NCBI GenBank assembly: GCA_947085475.1
Contig: CAMTWP010000009.1
Location: 124 to 64,123, forward strand
Direction of reading: 5' to 3'
DNA: 64,000 bases
From: an uncultured Novosphingobium sp.
GTDB lineage: Bacteria; Pseudomonadota; Alphaproteobacteria; Sphingomonadales; Sphingomonadaceae
Shown here: one piece after another, positions 48,277 to 58,520 of the stretch
How positions within the stretch are numbered: the first letter of the stretch is position 1
Layout: each line of letters begins with the position of its first letter
Translations under genes and position numbers: made by a program
Notes under the pieces: generated by a model
What the model saw: the letters and a program-made list of their open reading frames with translations, nothing else
Told to the model about the DNA's origin: nothing
The model's database searches: none

Positions 48277-48336
48277 CATTTTCACATCTTGACCGCATCA
48301 GCGGAAACATTGCTGTTCCGCCGTGCTGACGGACAA

Positions 48337-49200
48337 TCAGGCAGCAGTCTTGATCTTCTCAACCGCAAGGCTGACGCGAGTCGAGATTGGCTGGAATGCT
48401 TCGTTGACCAGCTTGAGCATGGCTTCGCTGTTCTTCGAGCTGGCAGCAACGGCCGCGTCGAAGTTCTTGCGCATCAGAGCAGACTGCTTTTCGAAGAATT
48501 CGGTTGGTGACTTGACGGCAACGAGGTCCTTGACGTCAGCGGTCATGGCTTCGAACGAAGTCTTGGTTTCTGCAACATAACCCTTGGTCATGTCCTGAAG
48601 GCCCGAAGCAAGGATCTTGCTCGATTCAACCATGGCTTCGACGTTGCCCTTGGCAAAAGTGCCGGCATCGCCAAAAGCAGCCTGAGCCTTTTCCTGAGCG
48701 CCCTTGAACGCGGTCTGCATCTTGTCGGTGAATTCTGCTGGTGTCTTGGTCATAGCGAACAGTTCCTTCCTTGCTGCCGGAGCTTTTGCGCTGCCGACAA
48801 ATGTTTTCACGCTGGGCGTCTTAGCCCGTGGAATGGCGGTGGAAGGACGCTTGCTCGCGGGCTTCACCGCAGGCACCGGTGCAGCTGCTGCCTTTTTGGG
48901 CAACTTCGCGGGTGGGGCCTTGGTAATGATATTGACAGGCTTGGCGTTCAATTTGGGCGCCTTTGCCGGTTTGGTTGGCTTGGCAATTGCTGCAACTGGC
49001 GCAGCAACAGGTTTCGCCGGAATTGCCGTCGGAGTAACGGCCTTGGCGATTACCTTCGCGGCTTTTGCTGGCTCGCTTGGTTCCACAGGCACCGAAACTT
49101 TCGGTGCAGGCGCTTCAATCGCCGCAACAGGTGACAATGCAATGACAGGCTCCACCACAGGGATAGGCTCATTCGTGCTGTCCATCACTTTATCGACCAT
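48337..49200 (-). CDS. phaP: phasin family protein with long Ala/Pro/Lys-rich N-terminal extension
   Basis: The C-terminal ~130 aa matches the phasin pattern (FKGAQEKAQAAFGD...FEKQSALMRKNFDAAVA). The N-terminal ~150 aa carries AKP/PAK repeats. AGGAG RBS 8 nt before ATG 49200. Confidence 0.85.
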   Translation of the reverse strand: MVDKVMDSTNEPIPVVEPVIALSPVAAIEAPAPKVSVPVEPSEPAKAAKVIAKAVTPTAIPAKPVAAPVAAIAKPTKPAKAPKLNAKPVNIITKAPPAKLPKKAAAAPVPAVKPASKRPSTAIPRAKTPSVKTFVGSAKAPAARKELFAMTKTPAEFTDKMQTAFKGAQEKAQAAFGDAGTFAKGNVEAMVESSKILASGLQDMTKGYVAETKTSFEAMTADVKDLVAVKSPTEFFEKQSALMRKNFDAAVAASSKNSEAMLKLVNEAFQPISTRVSLAVEKIKTAA

Positions 49201-49352
49201 CTTGGCAACTCCTGCTTTCAAATGTGACGCTGTCCCGAATGGGCAAGCTCCACTCTTGCTGCACTGCACAAAATAGGTCTCGCGGCGATAAAGTCAACAG
49301 AAATGTTGCAGTGCAGCATTTCTGAATGGCGACAAATAGTTGCAGCGCCGAA

Positions 49353-51233
49353 TCAGCGAGTCCGGACGTAGCGTCCCGGCGCATCTTCGATGACGCGGTC
49401 GCCCTTGCCACCGGGAACGCGCTTGCCCTTGGCTGCAATCTTGCCAGGGGCTTGTCCGGCAATCCATTCTATCCAGTCCGGCCACCAGCTGCCCTTGGTT
49501 TCCGACGCGCCGCTGATGAATTTTTCAAGCGTAGATCGCTCATCAGGATTGAGCCAATATTGATATTTGCCCAATTCCGGCGGATTTACCACGCCAGCAA
49601 TGTGCCCCGAACCTGCCAGCACAAAACGCCAGTCGCCTGCCAGATGTTGCGTCAATTTCCATACGCTCTGCGGCGGTGCAATATGGTCCTCGCGGCCGGC
49701 CTGAATATAGCAGGGTGTTGCAATGCGGCGCAGATCAATCGGCGTTCCATCGGCCTCCAGCGAATCCGGCATCGCAAGCCGGTTGTCGCGATAAAGGTCG
49801 CTCAAATAGGATCTGTGCCATTTGGCTGGCAGGTTGGTGGTGTCACCATTCCAGTGCAGCAGATCAAACGCCGGATATTCATCACCCAACAGGTAATTGT
49901 TGATCACATAATTCCAGATCAAATCCGATGGGCGCAGGGAATTGAATGTGGCGGCCATGATCCGCCCGTCCAGATAGCCGTCGGTCGATAGGTTTTCGAG
50001 CATCTTGATTTGCGCGTCATCTATGAAATTGCGCAGATCGCCCGAAAGCTCAAAATCAACTTGAGCGGTAAAGAAGGTCGCGCTTGCTACCTTGTCGGCC
50101 TGATCGCGCCGCGCCAGAATCGCCAGTGTTGCGGCAAGGGTCGTACCTGCAACGCAATAGCCGATGGTATGGACAGCAGGCACTTTCAGACGGTCGCGCA
50201 CATGGTCAATCGTTTCGATTTGCGCGCGGATGTAATCGTCCCACATCACTTCGGCCATCGATGCATCGGCGGATTTCCACGAAACCACAAACACGCTCAA
50301 GCCCTGCGCCACAGCCCAGCGGATGAAGCTTTTCTGCGGGTTCAGGTCCAAGATATAGTATCGGTTGATCCACGGCGGGAAAATCAACAGCGGGGTTTCG
50401 AACACTTCACCGGTCGTCGGGGTATATTGGATCAACTGATACAGCGGCGTTTCATGCACCACCTTGCCCGGCGTAACCGCAATGTTGCGGCCCAGTTCAA
50501 ACGCCAGGGGATCGGTGTGGGTAAGTTGCCCTTTGCGCAAATCGCCCAGCAAATGCTCAACGCCTTTGACCAGATTCTCGCCCTTGGTCGCCATCGTCCG
50601 TTCGATCACGATCGGATTGAGCAGCGGGAAGTTTGCTGGTGACAGCGCATCGGTCAGCACTTTGGTCGCAAATATCAGTTGTTCTTTGCGTTCAGGTGGC
50701 AGACCTTGCGCATCCTGCGCCATTGTCTTCAGGTTTTCGGACAGGAACAGATAGGTTTGGTGGATCAGCGCAAAGGCGGGCTGATCGTGCCAGCGTTTAT
50801 CGGCAAAGCGGCGATCCTTGAGCGGCAAATCTGGTGTCGTTAAGTTGCTCGCCAAAGATCCGCTTGCAAACTGACCCAAGACCGAAGTCCACAGCGCCAT
50901 GCCTTCGTTCCAAAGCCGAACTTGTGTTTCGGCTTGTGCGATCGGCAACTGGCCTGCCATCGACATGAATGTCTGCGTCCATTTGCCAATGTCGCCCATC
51001 TGCGCCAGCATCGGCTCGATTTTGCCCGATTGCTCAGCATTGAAATCGAGCCACATTTTCTGAAGCTTGGCTGCTGACATAGCCCAGTGCTGCAAATCGG
51101 CAGGATCAGGTGCGGCGCTTTCCGCGCCTGCTGGCATCAACGGCGCAAACATCGCGCGCATCGCTTCACCCTGTTGGCGGAACAGATCTTCAAAAACGAC
51201 CGGATCCGTGATCGTCTTGTCCGTCATGTACAT
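49353..51233 (-). CDS. phaC: class I poly(R)-hydroxyalkanoate synthase
   Basis: 626 aa. Lipase-box-like GYCVAGT with catalytic Cys. N-terminal PhaC domain. Confidence 0.93.
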   Translation of the reverse strand: MYMTDKTITDPVVFEDLFRQQGEAMRAMFAPLMPAGAESAAPDPADLQHWAMSAAKLQKMWLDFNAEQSGKIEPMLAQMGDIGKWTQTFMSMAGQLPIAQAETQVRLWNEGMALWTSVLGQFASGSLASNLTTPDLPLKDRRFADKRWHDQPAFALIHQTYLFLSENLKTMAQDAQGLPPERKEQLIFATKVLTDALSPANFPLLNPIVIERTMATKGENLVKGVEHLLGDLRKGQLTHTDPLAFELGRNIAVTPGKVVHETPLYQLIQYTPTTGEVFETPLLIFPPWINRYYILDLNPQKSFIRWAVAQGLSVFVVSWKSADASMAEVMWDDYIRAQIETIDHVRDRLKVPAVHTIGYCVAGTTLAATLAILARRDQADKVASATFFTAQVDFELSGDLRNFIDDAQIKMLENLSTDGYLDGRIMAATFNSLRPSDLIWNYVINNYLLGDEYPAFDLLHWNGDTTNLPAKWHRSYLSDLYRDNRLAMPDSLEADGTPIDLRRIATPCYIQAGREDHIAPPQSVWKLTQHLAGDWRFVLAGSGHIAGVVNPPELGKYQYWLNPDERSTLEKFISGASETKGSWWPDWIEWIAGQAPGKIAAKGKRVPGGKGDRVIEDAPGRYVRTR

Positions 51234-51388
51234 CCCCTGCCATTGTTTGGAGTCTATCTATACACACGATGTGACAGCTTGTTAGCCCTGTTAGCGAAGT
51301 TGAGAGCAAGGTTTCCACGCCATTGCATTTGGCGTAAGGGCATCAATTGCGGCGCTCCTGCCGTGCCTATCCATACGAGTAAACACCC

Positions 51389-52588
51389 GTGGACGAAGAA
51401 TTCTACCGCATGAAGCGACTGCCGCCCTACGTTATCGCTGAAGTTAACGCGATGCGGGCCGCGGCGCGCGCCGCCGGTAGAGACATTATCGACCTGGGCA
51501 TGGGCAACCCTGATTTGCCACCGCCTGCGCATGTCATTGATAAGCTGTGCGAAGTGGCGCGCAAGCCCGATGCACACGGCTATTCTGCCTCGTCGGGCAT
51601 TCCGGGCGTGCGCAAGGCACAGGCCAATTATTATGGCCGCCGCTTCAATGTCGATCTCGATCCTGAAACCGAAGTCGTGATGACGATGGGGTCCAAGGAG
51701 GGGTTGGCCAGCCTTGCCACGGCGATTACCGCGCCGGGCGATGTCGTGCTTGCGCCGAACCCCAGCTATCCGATCCACACTTTCGGATTCATCATCGCAG
51801 GCGCAACGATTCGCTCTGTGCCGACCACGCCGGATGAGCGGTATTGGGATTCACTGGATCGCGCGATGAAGTATTCTGTCCCGCGCCCGTCAGTGCTGAT
51901 CGTCAATTACCCATCAAACCCCACTGCCGAAACGGTTGACCTTGCGTTCTATGAACGGCTGGTTGCCTGGGCGAAGGAAAACAAGGTCTGGGTCTTGTCC
52001 GATCTTGCCTATTCCGAGCTGTATTTCGATGGCAACCCAACGCGCTCCATTCTTGAAGTGCCAGGAGCCAAGGATATCGCGGTGGAATTCACCTCGATGT
52101 CCAAGACTTTCTCGATGGCCGGGTGGCGCGTCGGCTTTGCTGTGGGCAACCCGCACCTGATCGCCGCACTCAAGCGGGTGAAATCATACCTTGATTACGG
52201 CGCGTTCACGCCGATTCAGGCCGCAGCTTGCGCCGCGTTGAACGGTCCACAAGATATCGTGGCCAAGAACCGTGAACTGTATCAAAAACGCCGCGATGTG
52301 ATGGTCGAAGCGTTCGGACGTGCCGGTTGGGACATTCCCAGTCCCAAGGCGTCGATGTTTGCCTGGGCACCGCTTCCGCCTGCATTGCAGCACCTTGGCA
52401 GCCTCGAATTCTCCAAGCAATTGCTCACCCATGCCGAAGTGGCCGTGGCCGCAGGCGTTGGCTATGGTGAAGACGGTGAAGGCTATGTGCGAATCGCCAT
52501 GGTCGAAAACGAACAGCGCCTCCGTCAGGCCGCGCGCAATATCAAACGCTACTTGCAGTCGATGGGCGTCAATTCCTCAGCCGCTTGA
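51389..52588 (+). CDS. PLP-dependent aminotransferase, class I/II
   Basis: RLPPYVIAEV N-terminus, NYPSNPT, and the SMSKTFSMAGWRVG PLP-lysine motif. GTG start. Confidence 0.9.
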   Translation: MDEEFYRMKRLPPYVIAEVNAMRAAARAAGRDIIDLGMGNPDLPPPAHVIDKLCEVARKPDAHGYSASSGIPGVRKAQANYYGRRFNVDLDPETEVVMTMGSKEGLASLATAITAPGDVVLAPNPSYPIHTFGFIIAGATIRSVPTTPDERYWDSLDRAMKYSVPRPSVLIVNYPSNPTAETVDLAFYERLVAWAKENKVWVLSDLAYSELYFDGNPTRSILEVPGAKDIAVEFTSMSKTFSMAGWRVGFAVGNPHLIAALKRVKSYLDYGAFTPIQAAACAALNGPQDIVAKNRELYQKRRDVMVEAFGRAGWDIPSPKASMFAWAPLPPALQHLGSLEFSKQLLTHAEVAVAAGVGYGEDGEGYVRIAMVENEQRLRQAARNIKRYLQSMGVNSSAA

Positions 52589-52611
52589 GCGTATTTTCTG
52601 ACACTATGCCG

Positions 52612-52652
52612 ACGGCCCTTTCCGCCATGCGCGGGAAGGGCCGTTTGCTTTT
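52612..52652 (+). terminator. probable Rho-independent terminator
   Basis: ACGGCCCTTTCC...GGAAGGGCCGT stem followed by TTGCTTTT. Confidence 0.6.
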
Positions 52653-52733
52653 GCATTGCCACATCGCATCAGGACGCTGGACCGCAAGCGAATGGTTGGG
52701 CACGATGGCCCCCGATAACTCATAAAGCAGCGG

Positions 52734-53558
52734 ATGCCAGCCATGACCCATGCAACCCAGAACCTCCACGATCGCGTAACCATCACGGTTGAGGATCACG
52801 TTGCGCATGTGTTGCTGGACCGGGCAGACAAGATGAACGCGCTCGACGATGCGATGTTCGATGCAATTATTGCGGCCGGGCATCACTTGCACAATGCCAA
52901 GGGTGTGCGCTGTGTCGTTCTGTCGGGCGCGGGGCGTGGGTTCTGCGCCGGGCTTGATCTTGCAACCATGGCCGATCCAGACCGTTGGGGTGAGAGCGGC
53001 AATTTAATTGATCGCACGCACGGCAAGGCCAATCGTCCGCAGCAATGTGCCATGGTCTGGCGCAACTTGCCGATGCCGGTGATCGCGGTGGTCCACGGTG
53101 TGTGTTTCGGCGGTGGCTTGCAAGTCGCCAGCGGTGCCGACATTCGCTTTATCGCGCCCGATTCGCGACTTTCGATCATGGAAGTGAAGTGGGGCCTAAT
53201 CCCGGACATGGCGGGCTATGTCTTGTGGCGCGGCAATGTGCGCGATGATGTGCTGCGGGAATTGACATACACCCACCGGGAGTTCAGCGGCGAAGAAGCG
53301 GTGGAACTGGGTTTTGCGACCCACGTCAGCACAGATCCGCTGGCAGACGCGATGGCCATGGCCAAAGACATCGCGGGCAAAAGCCCAACGGCGGTGCGCG
53401 GCGCAAAGATGCTTTCCAACCGCACGCCCGATATGGACGTGGAAGATGTGCTCATGGCCGAATCCAAGGCCCAACACGAATTGATGTATTCCAAAAACCA
53501 GATCGAAGCCGTGCGCTCGGGCATGGAAAAGCGTGCGCCGGAATTCGTTGATCCATGA
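52734..53558 (+). CDS. enoyl-CoA hydratase/isomerase (crotonase) family protein
   Basis: Oxyanion-hole segments (GRGFCAGLDL, VHGVCFGGGLQVA). Confidence 0.88.
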   Translation: MPAMTHATQNLHDRVTITVEDHVAHVLLDRADKMNALDDAMFDAIIAAGHHLHNAKGVRCVVLSGAGRGFCAGLDLATMADPDRWGESGNLIDRTHGKANRPQQCAMVWRNLPMPVIAVVHGVCFGGGLQVASGADIRFIAPDSRLSIMEVKWGLIPDMAGYVLWRGNVRDDVLRELTYTHREFSGEEAVELGFATHVSTDPLADAMAMAKDIAGKSPTAVRGAKMLSNRTPDMDVEDVLMAESKAQHELMYSKNQIEAVRSGMEKRAPEFVDP

Positions 53559-54940
53559 AGGCCATTCACGATCCGCATGGCGCGCTGACAGCAGGTCTGG
53601 CGGCAATTCGCGCGCAGTACCAAGTGCCGCAGGGCTTTCCGCCGCAAGTCCTTGCTGCGGCTGAAGCGGCGTCCACGCGCGCGCTTACCGATCATGCGGA
53701 TCGCACCGCCATTCCGTTCGTCACGCTCGATCCGGCTAGCTCGACCGATCTGGATCAGGCGTTCTGGATCGAAGCATCGGGCAATGACCTGATCCTGTTC
53801 TATGCCATTGCCGACGTAGCGTGGTTCGTCGATGATGGTGACGCTGTGGACGTAGAGGCGTGGAAGCGCGGTGAGACGGTGTACTTGCCCGATGGCAAGG
53901 CGGGGCTTTACCCGCAAGTCCTGTCCGAACGCGCGGCCAGCCTTTTGCCTGATGGCCCGCGCGCCGCAGTAATTTTCACGGTTCGCCTCGCCCCCCATGG
54001 CATCGCAACGCTGGAAGGTGCAGAACGTGCGCTGATCCAAAGCCGCGCCAAACTGGCCTATGACCGCGTAAAGGACGCTGATCTTCCGCCTGTTTTTACA
54101 GACTTCGCCGCGCGGATGGACATCGCCGAAGGTGCACGCGGGGCGGTCCGCGTCGATCCGCCCGAACAGGAAGTCGAAGCCTTGGGTGAGGGGCGCTACG
54201 CCCTTGCTTTCCAACCCCTGCTCGCATCCGAACGCCACAATGCCGCGCTCTCGCTTTCGGCCAATCTCGCCATCGCCGCCGCGCTTCAGCAGGCGGGCAC
54301 CGGCTTGTTCCGCGTGATGGCAGGCCCCAGCGCCAAAGCTTTGTCACGCCTGCATACCACTGCCGCCGGCTTGGGGCTGGATTGGCCGGAGGGCACCGAT
54401 CTCAAGACACTTGAGCGCACGCTGGAACCGGACAAGGCCCACCATGCCGCGTTCATGCTCGCCATCCGCCGGGCGGGGAATGGCGCGGGCTATGCGCCAT
54501 GGATTCCCGGCGTCACCCCTTGGCACGAGGCGATTGCTGCCACCTATGCTCACGCCACAGCACCCTTGCGCAGGCTTGCAGACCGTTATGTCATTCGTGC
54601 CACGCTGGCGGTGATGAAAGGCCAGCCAGTCCCTGATGCAGTGGAAGACGCCTTTCGCCGCTTGCCCACCGTCATGGCCAAATCCAGCGCCACCGCAGGG
54701 CAGATTGACCGCGCGGTGATCGATCTTGCCGAATCCGTGATGCTCCATGGCCGCGAAGGCGAACGCTTTGCTGCTTGCGTTACCGACACAGATGGCGAAT
54801 CGGCGCGCGTGCAATTGCTCGATCTGCCCGTAGTCACCCGCGCCAAAATTCCCGGCGCCAGCCCCGGTCAGCGCATCACATTGCGACTGGAAGCCGCAGA
54901 CATCGCCGCGCGCCGGCTATTCTTCGCCCCCGCAGACTGA
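53555..54940 (+). CDS. RNB domain ribonuclease (RNase II/R-like, lacking N-terminal CSD)
   Basis: FVTLDPASSTDLDQAF and YAHATAPLRRLADR RNB catalytic motifs. 4-nt overlap with the upstream gene. Confidence 0.85.
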   Translation: MKAIHDPHGALTAGLAAIRAQYQVPQGFPPQVLAAAEAASTRALTDHADRTAIPFVTLDPASSTDLDQAFWIEASGNDLILFYAIADVAWFVDDGDAVDVEAWKRGETVYLPDGKAGLYPQVLSERAASLLPDGPRAAVIFTVRLAPHGIATLEGAERALIQSRAKLAYDRVKDADLPPVFTDFAARMDIAEGARGAVRVDPPEQEVEALGEGRYALAFQPLLASERHNAALSLSANLAIAAALQQAGTGLFRVMAGPSAKALSRLHTTAAGLGLDWPEGTDLKTLERTLEPDKAHHAAFMLAIRRAGNGAGYAPWIPGVTPWHEAIAATYAHATAPLRRLADRYVIRATLAVMKGQPVPDAVEDAFRRLPTVMAKSSATAGQIDRAVIDLAESVMLHGREGERFAACVTDTDGESARVQLLDLPVVTRAKIPGASPGQRITLRLEAADIAARRLFFAPAD

Positions 54941-55014
54941 TCCCATGCAAGAACCACTTGCGGCACAGGCCGCTTCGGGCTAACCGCCCCGAACCACGCA
55001 GCACCTGCGATCGA

Positions 55015-55088
55015 GGCCCGATGGCGGAGTGGTTACGTACCGGATTGCAAATCCGTTTACGCCGGTTCGATTCCGGCTCGGGCCTCCA
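55015..55088 (+). tRNA. tRNA-Cys (anticodon GCA), CCA encoded
   Basis: Acceptor stem GGCCCGA/TCGGGCC, anticodon loop TTGCAAA, T-arm CCGGTTCGATTCCGG. Near-colinear with E. coli tRNA-Cys as I recall it. Confidence 0.9.
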
Positions 55089-55394
55089 GCTTCTTCAGAT
55101 ACTTAGCTTAAATGACAATGACCCTTAGCCCCTTGTGGGGGACGACGTGGGGGACATAATGTTGCGCGGGGGTATTTAGACCCTCTAATCCATCGGTTCC
55201 CAAATGCGATATTGACCCAGCCGTGCATTGAAATCGTCAGTCATGCGCGAAACAGGAAGGGTTACATCCAAATGCGTCCACGGATAGGACTTCCGGTCTA
55301 GAGGTGCGGGCTTCATGTGCATGCTGATCTTTGCGCTTCAGGAGGTAAAAAACTATGCAGTACTAAGTGCGCTGTCTGAAATTGGAGTTAGAAT

Positions 55395-58300
55395 TTAGCG
55401 CCCGTCGCCAACGAGGGAGAATGGTGCCCAGAACGATGGATGTTCAGCTTCTTTAGCCGGGTCATCGCGGATCGCACGCATTGCGGCTTGCAAGGCTTGG
55501 GCCCGCGAAACACCAGGTTCCTTTGCACGACGCAGGGTCTCAACGGTCATTTCAGCTGCGATATCGTCATAAACAGGCCAGTGGCTGATCAACAAAGTGG
55601 GGGCTCCGGCATAGAAAAAGGTTCGGGCTAGTCCGGAAAGGCTTGCTTCTCCACTGTTGGCAGGGGCAGCCGTGTTGCACGCAGAAAGGATGACCCATTG
55701 CGTTGCAGACAAGTCTAGCGACAGCACTTCAGACGCTGCGAGATAGCCGTCATCGCCGCTGGATGCCTTGACCGGCGGAGTAAAAACAAGCCCCGGTTCT
55801 GCGCGCCCCATTGCACCACTTTCGGCTGCTGTCAGGCCGTGCGTCGCAAGGTGCAGAATAGCCGTTGCCGAAAGGTCAACCGATCGGATGGCACTCTCGG
55901 TCATGGCATCTTGCAAGTAGAGCTTGAAATTGGGCGTATCGAACATGGTTTGCATCGCTTGTAACTCGCGAGCAGTGCCTGCCAGTCGCGAAAGTCGGCG
56001 CAGTCGGGCAGGGTCCATCAGCGGCGTCCCTGCCTCGCTGATGTCTTCGCCGATCAAACTAAGAGGTTCAATTAGAGGTGCGCTTCCCGTCCCCCGTGCG
56101 CCACGGATGCTGGTTCTTCCTCCAAGCAGCGGATCGCCAAAGCCCACAAAGCTCGCGTGCTGAGCCCCACCTTGGCTTTTGCGCCGGTTGCCACTCCGCA
56201 AGTAGCCAAGGGATTGCAACGAAGGGATCTGGATGAGCGCGTGGGCGTCCGCAAACCACGGTGTATGGCGCAGTGTTTCGGGGGCCTCGTCGTCAGAATT
56301 TGCCAATGGTGGCTCAGTCACCAGCACACCAAACGGAAGGCTGGCCAACGAACCGGATGCAGCAATGTAAAGGTGCGTGTAGCCTTTGATCGCTGCGTGT
56401 ATCGGCCGTATCAAGCCCATGTAGAGGTCGTTTGCTGTCTTTCGATCAAACCCCGGAGGCCCTTGCGTCGCTGATCCAGCAGGATCGAGCTGCGCACGCA
56501 GTTTGGCTACCATCGCGTCGACTTGGCCGATAGCCAGGTCACTGCGATGCCAGGTCAAGCCATGGCGGGTAACCACCATCAGATGCGTGCCATACCGTGT
56601 CGGCACAATTTGCAAAACCGCTTCATCGGGCCGGAGCAATTTCTGCACGGCTTTTTGCGACAGCGGCTGAGGGCGGATGATGGCGAAGTATTTGGGGGAA
56701 CGAACGGCAAGCTGTGCGTCAATTGCGGCAATATCTGCATCAATCTGACCCAGCCTTGCGTCAAAACGCTCTCTCCGCGCAGCGGCATCTGCGCCGTCCG
56801 AGGCAAGAATACGATTAAGTTGGCTTTCAACGGTTCGCCATTCTTCGGTCAGGCTTTGGCGTTGGCGTGCAAGCTCACCAACACCATTGCTCTCTGCGAT
56901 CCGGTTGGCCGCTTGTAATGCAACGGCTTGCGAGGTGCTGCCCGCTTGCATATCCTGAAGCGCGGCAAACACTTCCGCACGCAGGCGTTTCAAGGCCCCT
57001 TCATCCGGCGGTGTGGCTCCGGCTGCCAGACCCTGTGTTTGAAGCCCAGGTCCGGCAGACCAAGCGGCATCCGCAAAGAAACCATAATACCCTCGGCCCG
57101 CGGACAATTCGCGTTCGCGCTGGTCCGTGCGACGAACTTCGTTGCCACCGCTAATCGTGCGGTTGCGAAGCAAGGTTACAGCGCGCCCGAATGATGTCAG
57201 TGCCAAATGGGCACGTCCAGCTTGCGCTAATTGTCCAAAGCCCAGATTGCCCAGTGCGACGAGCGTGTCGGGATGTTTCTCGCCCAACGTTTCCTTGCGG
57301 TGCGCCAGAACCAGACTGTCGAGCACTTCTGCATCGGCGGCCCGACCAAGTTCGCGCCAGTCGGACGCGAGGTTTCCCATGATGCTAAGCGTCCGCGGAT
57401 GTTTTTCGCCCAAAGCTGACAAGCTATTTGCAAGCGCCTGCCGATCAAGGACCTCAGCTTCCGACACACGGCCCAAAAAATGCAGGTTCAACGCCAAATT
57501 GCCCGCGCTAATCAGCGTGTCTGGATGCCTTTCGCCCAAAGTTTCCCTACGCAAGACCAGAGCCTGGCGGTTCAGTGGTTCAGCTTCGGAAAAGCGGTTG
57601 AGCGCCAAAAGCGTGAGCGCAAGATTGCTAAGGCTGCTTAGCGTGGCCGGATGTTTCTCACCCAGCACTTCAGTTCGCAACATCCAGGCGCGGCGATCAA
57701 GTGGTTCGGCTTCAGCAGCGCGGCCCAGCGCACTGAGGCTTGATGCCAAATTATTCAAACTGTTCAGTGTCCCGGGATGCTTTTCACCGAGAACCTCGAT
57801 GCGTAGTGCAAGTGTGCGCCGGTCTATTTGCTCGGCTTCCTCAGTTTGTCCCAAATCCCGCAGCGACATCGCCAAGTTGTTCATGCTGATGAGCGTTTCG
57901 GGATGCCTTTCGCCCATCGTTTCGATGCTCAGCGCCAATCCACGGCGGTCAAGTTCTACGGCTTCGTCTGGACGGCCAAGGTCTCGTAGATTTCCGGCAA
58001 GGTTATTCAAACTGGTAAGCGTAGCGGAATGCTTCTCGCCAAGAACCTCGGTTCGCAGACCCAAGACGCGGGTATTGATGCCTGCTGCCTCTTCGGCTCG
58101 GCCAAGTGCACCAAGCGTTGTGGCCAGATTGTTGTAACTGGTCAGTGTGTCAGGATGCTTTTCACCCAATTGCGCAATCCGCAAACTCAATGCCTGGCGG
58201 TTTAGCGGCTCGGCTTGTGCAGCACGGCCAGCCGCTTTCAAGTTGACGGCATGGTCATCCAGAGCGCGGGCATAGTCTGTCGATTGCTCGCCACTGTTGC

Positions 58301-58520
58301 GGGCTACCAGCGCAACCACGCGGGAAGATGCGGCAATCGCACGATCATAATCACCAGCCTGCCACGCCGAGTAATCTTCAATTCGAAGGCGCTCGATCTC
58401 AGCAGAAGTTGTCTCGGCTGATGCCGCGCCTTGTATCCTTGTCGCAGGCGTCACTGCGCCAAGAGGCTGGCAGATAGAAATTGCCATGGTCGAAGCAATT
58501 GTGAGGATGCGAATGCTCAT
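55395..58520 (-). CDS. secreted TPR-repeat CHAT-domain (caspase-like) protein
   Basis: Signal peptide (MSIRILTIASTMAISICQPLGA), eight 42-aa TPR units, a helical linker, and a C-terminal CHAT domain with ILHLATHG (His) and VILSACNTA (Cys). ATG at 58520. Confidence 0.88.
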   Translation of the reverse strand: MSIRILTIASTMAISICQPLGAVTPATRIQGAASAETTSAEIERLRIEDYSAWQAGDYDRAIAASSRVVALVARNSGEQSTDYARALDDHAVNLKAAGRAAQAEPLNRQALSLRIAQLGEKHPDTLTSYNNLATTLGALGRAEEAAGINTRVLGLRTEVLGEKHSATLTSLNNLAGNLRDLGRPDEAVELDRRGLALSIETMGERHPETLISMNNLAMSLRDLGQTEEAEQIDRRTLALRIEVLGEKHPGTLNSLNNLASSLSALGRAAEAEPLDRRAWMLRTEVLGEKHPATLSSLSNLALTLLALNRFSEAEPLNRQALVLRRETLGERHPDTLISAGNLALNLHFLGRVSEAEVLDRQALANSLSALGEKHPRTLSIMGNLASDWRELGRAADAEVLDSLVLAHRKETLGEKHPDTLVALGNLGFGQLAQAGRAHLALTSFGRAVTLLRNRTISGGNEVRRTDQRERELSAGRGYYGFFADAAWSAGPGLQTQGLAAGATPPDEGALKRLRAEVFAALQDMQAGSTSQAVALQAANRIAESNGVGELARQRQSLTEEWRTVESQLNRILASDGADAAARRERFDARLGQIDADIAAIDAQLAVRSPKYFAIIRPQPLSQKAVQKLLRPDEAVLQIVPTRYGTHLMVVTRHGLTWHRSDLAIGQVDAMVAKLRAQLDPAGSATQGPPGFDRKTANDLYMGLIRPIHAAIKGYTHLYIAASGSLASLPFGVLVTEPPLANSDDEAPETLRHTPWFADAHALIQIPSLQSLGYLRSGNRRKSQGGAQHASFVGFGDPLLGGRTSIRGARGTGSAPLIEPLSLIGEDISEAGTPLMDPARLRRLSRLAGTARELQAMQTMFDTPNFKLYLQDAMTESAIRSVDLSATAILHLATHGLTAAESGAMGRAEPGLVFTPPVKASSGDDGYLAASEVLSLDLSATQWVILSACNTAAPANSGEASLSGLARTFFYAGAPTLLISHWPVYDDIAAEMTVETLRRAKEPGVSRAQALQAAMRAIRDDPAKEAEHPSFWAPFSLVGDGR
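57195..58292 (-). repeat. 126-bp-period tandem repeats encoding the TPR array
   Basis: GEKH/GERH recurs at ORF residues 137, 179, 221, 263, 305, 347, 389 and 431, exactly 42 aa apart. Confidence 0.85.

Noticed and set aside
57127-58137. 336-aa plus-strand ORF rich in Ser/Arg/Pro
   Set aside because: It is antisense to the TPR repeats of the CHAT gene. It is low-complexity and periodic, which makes it a repeat-generated shadow ORF.
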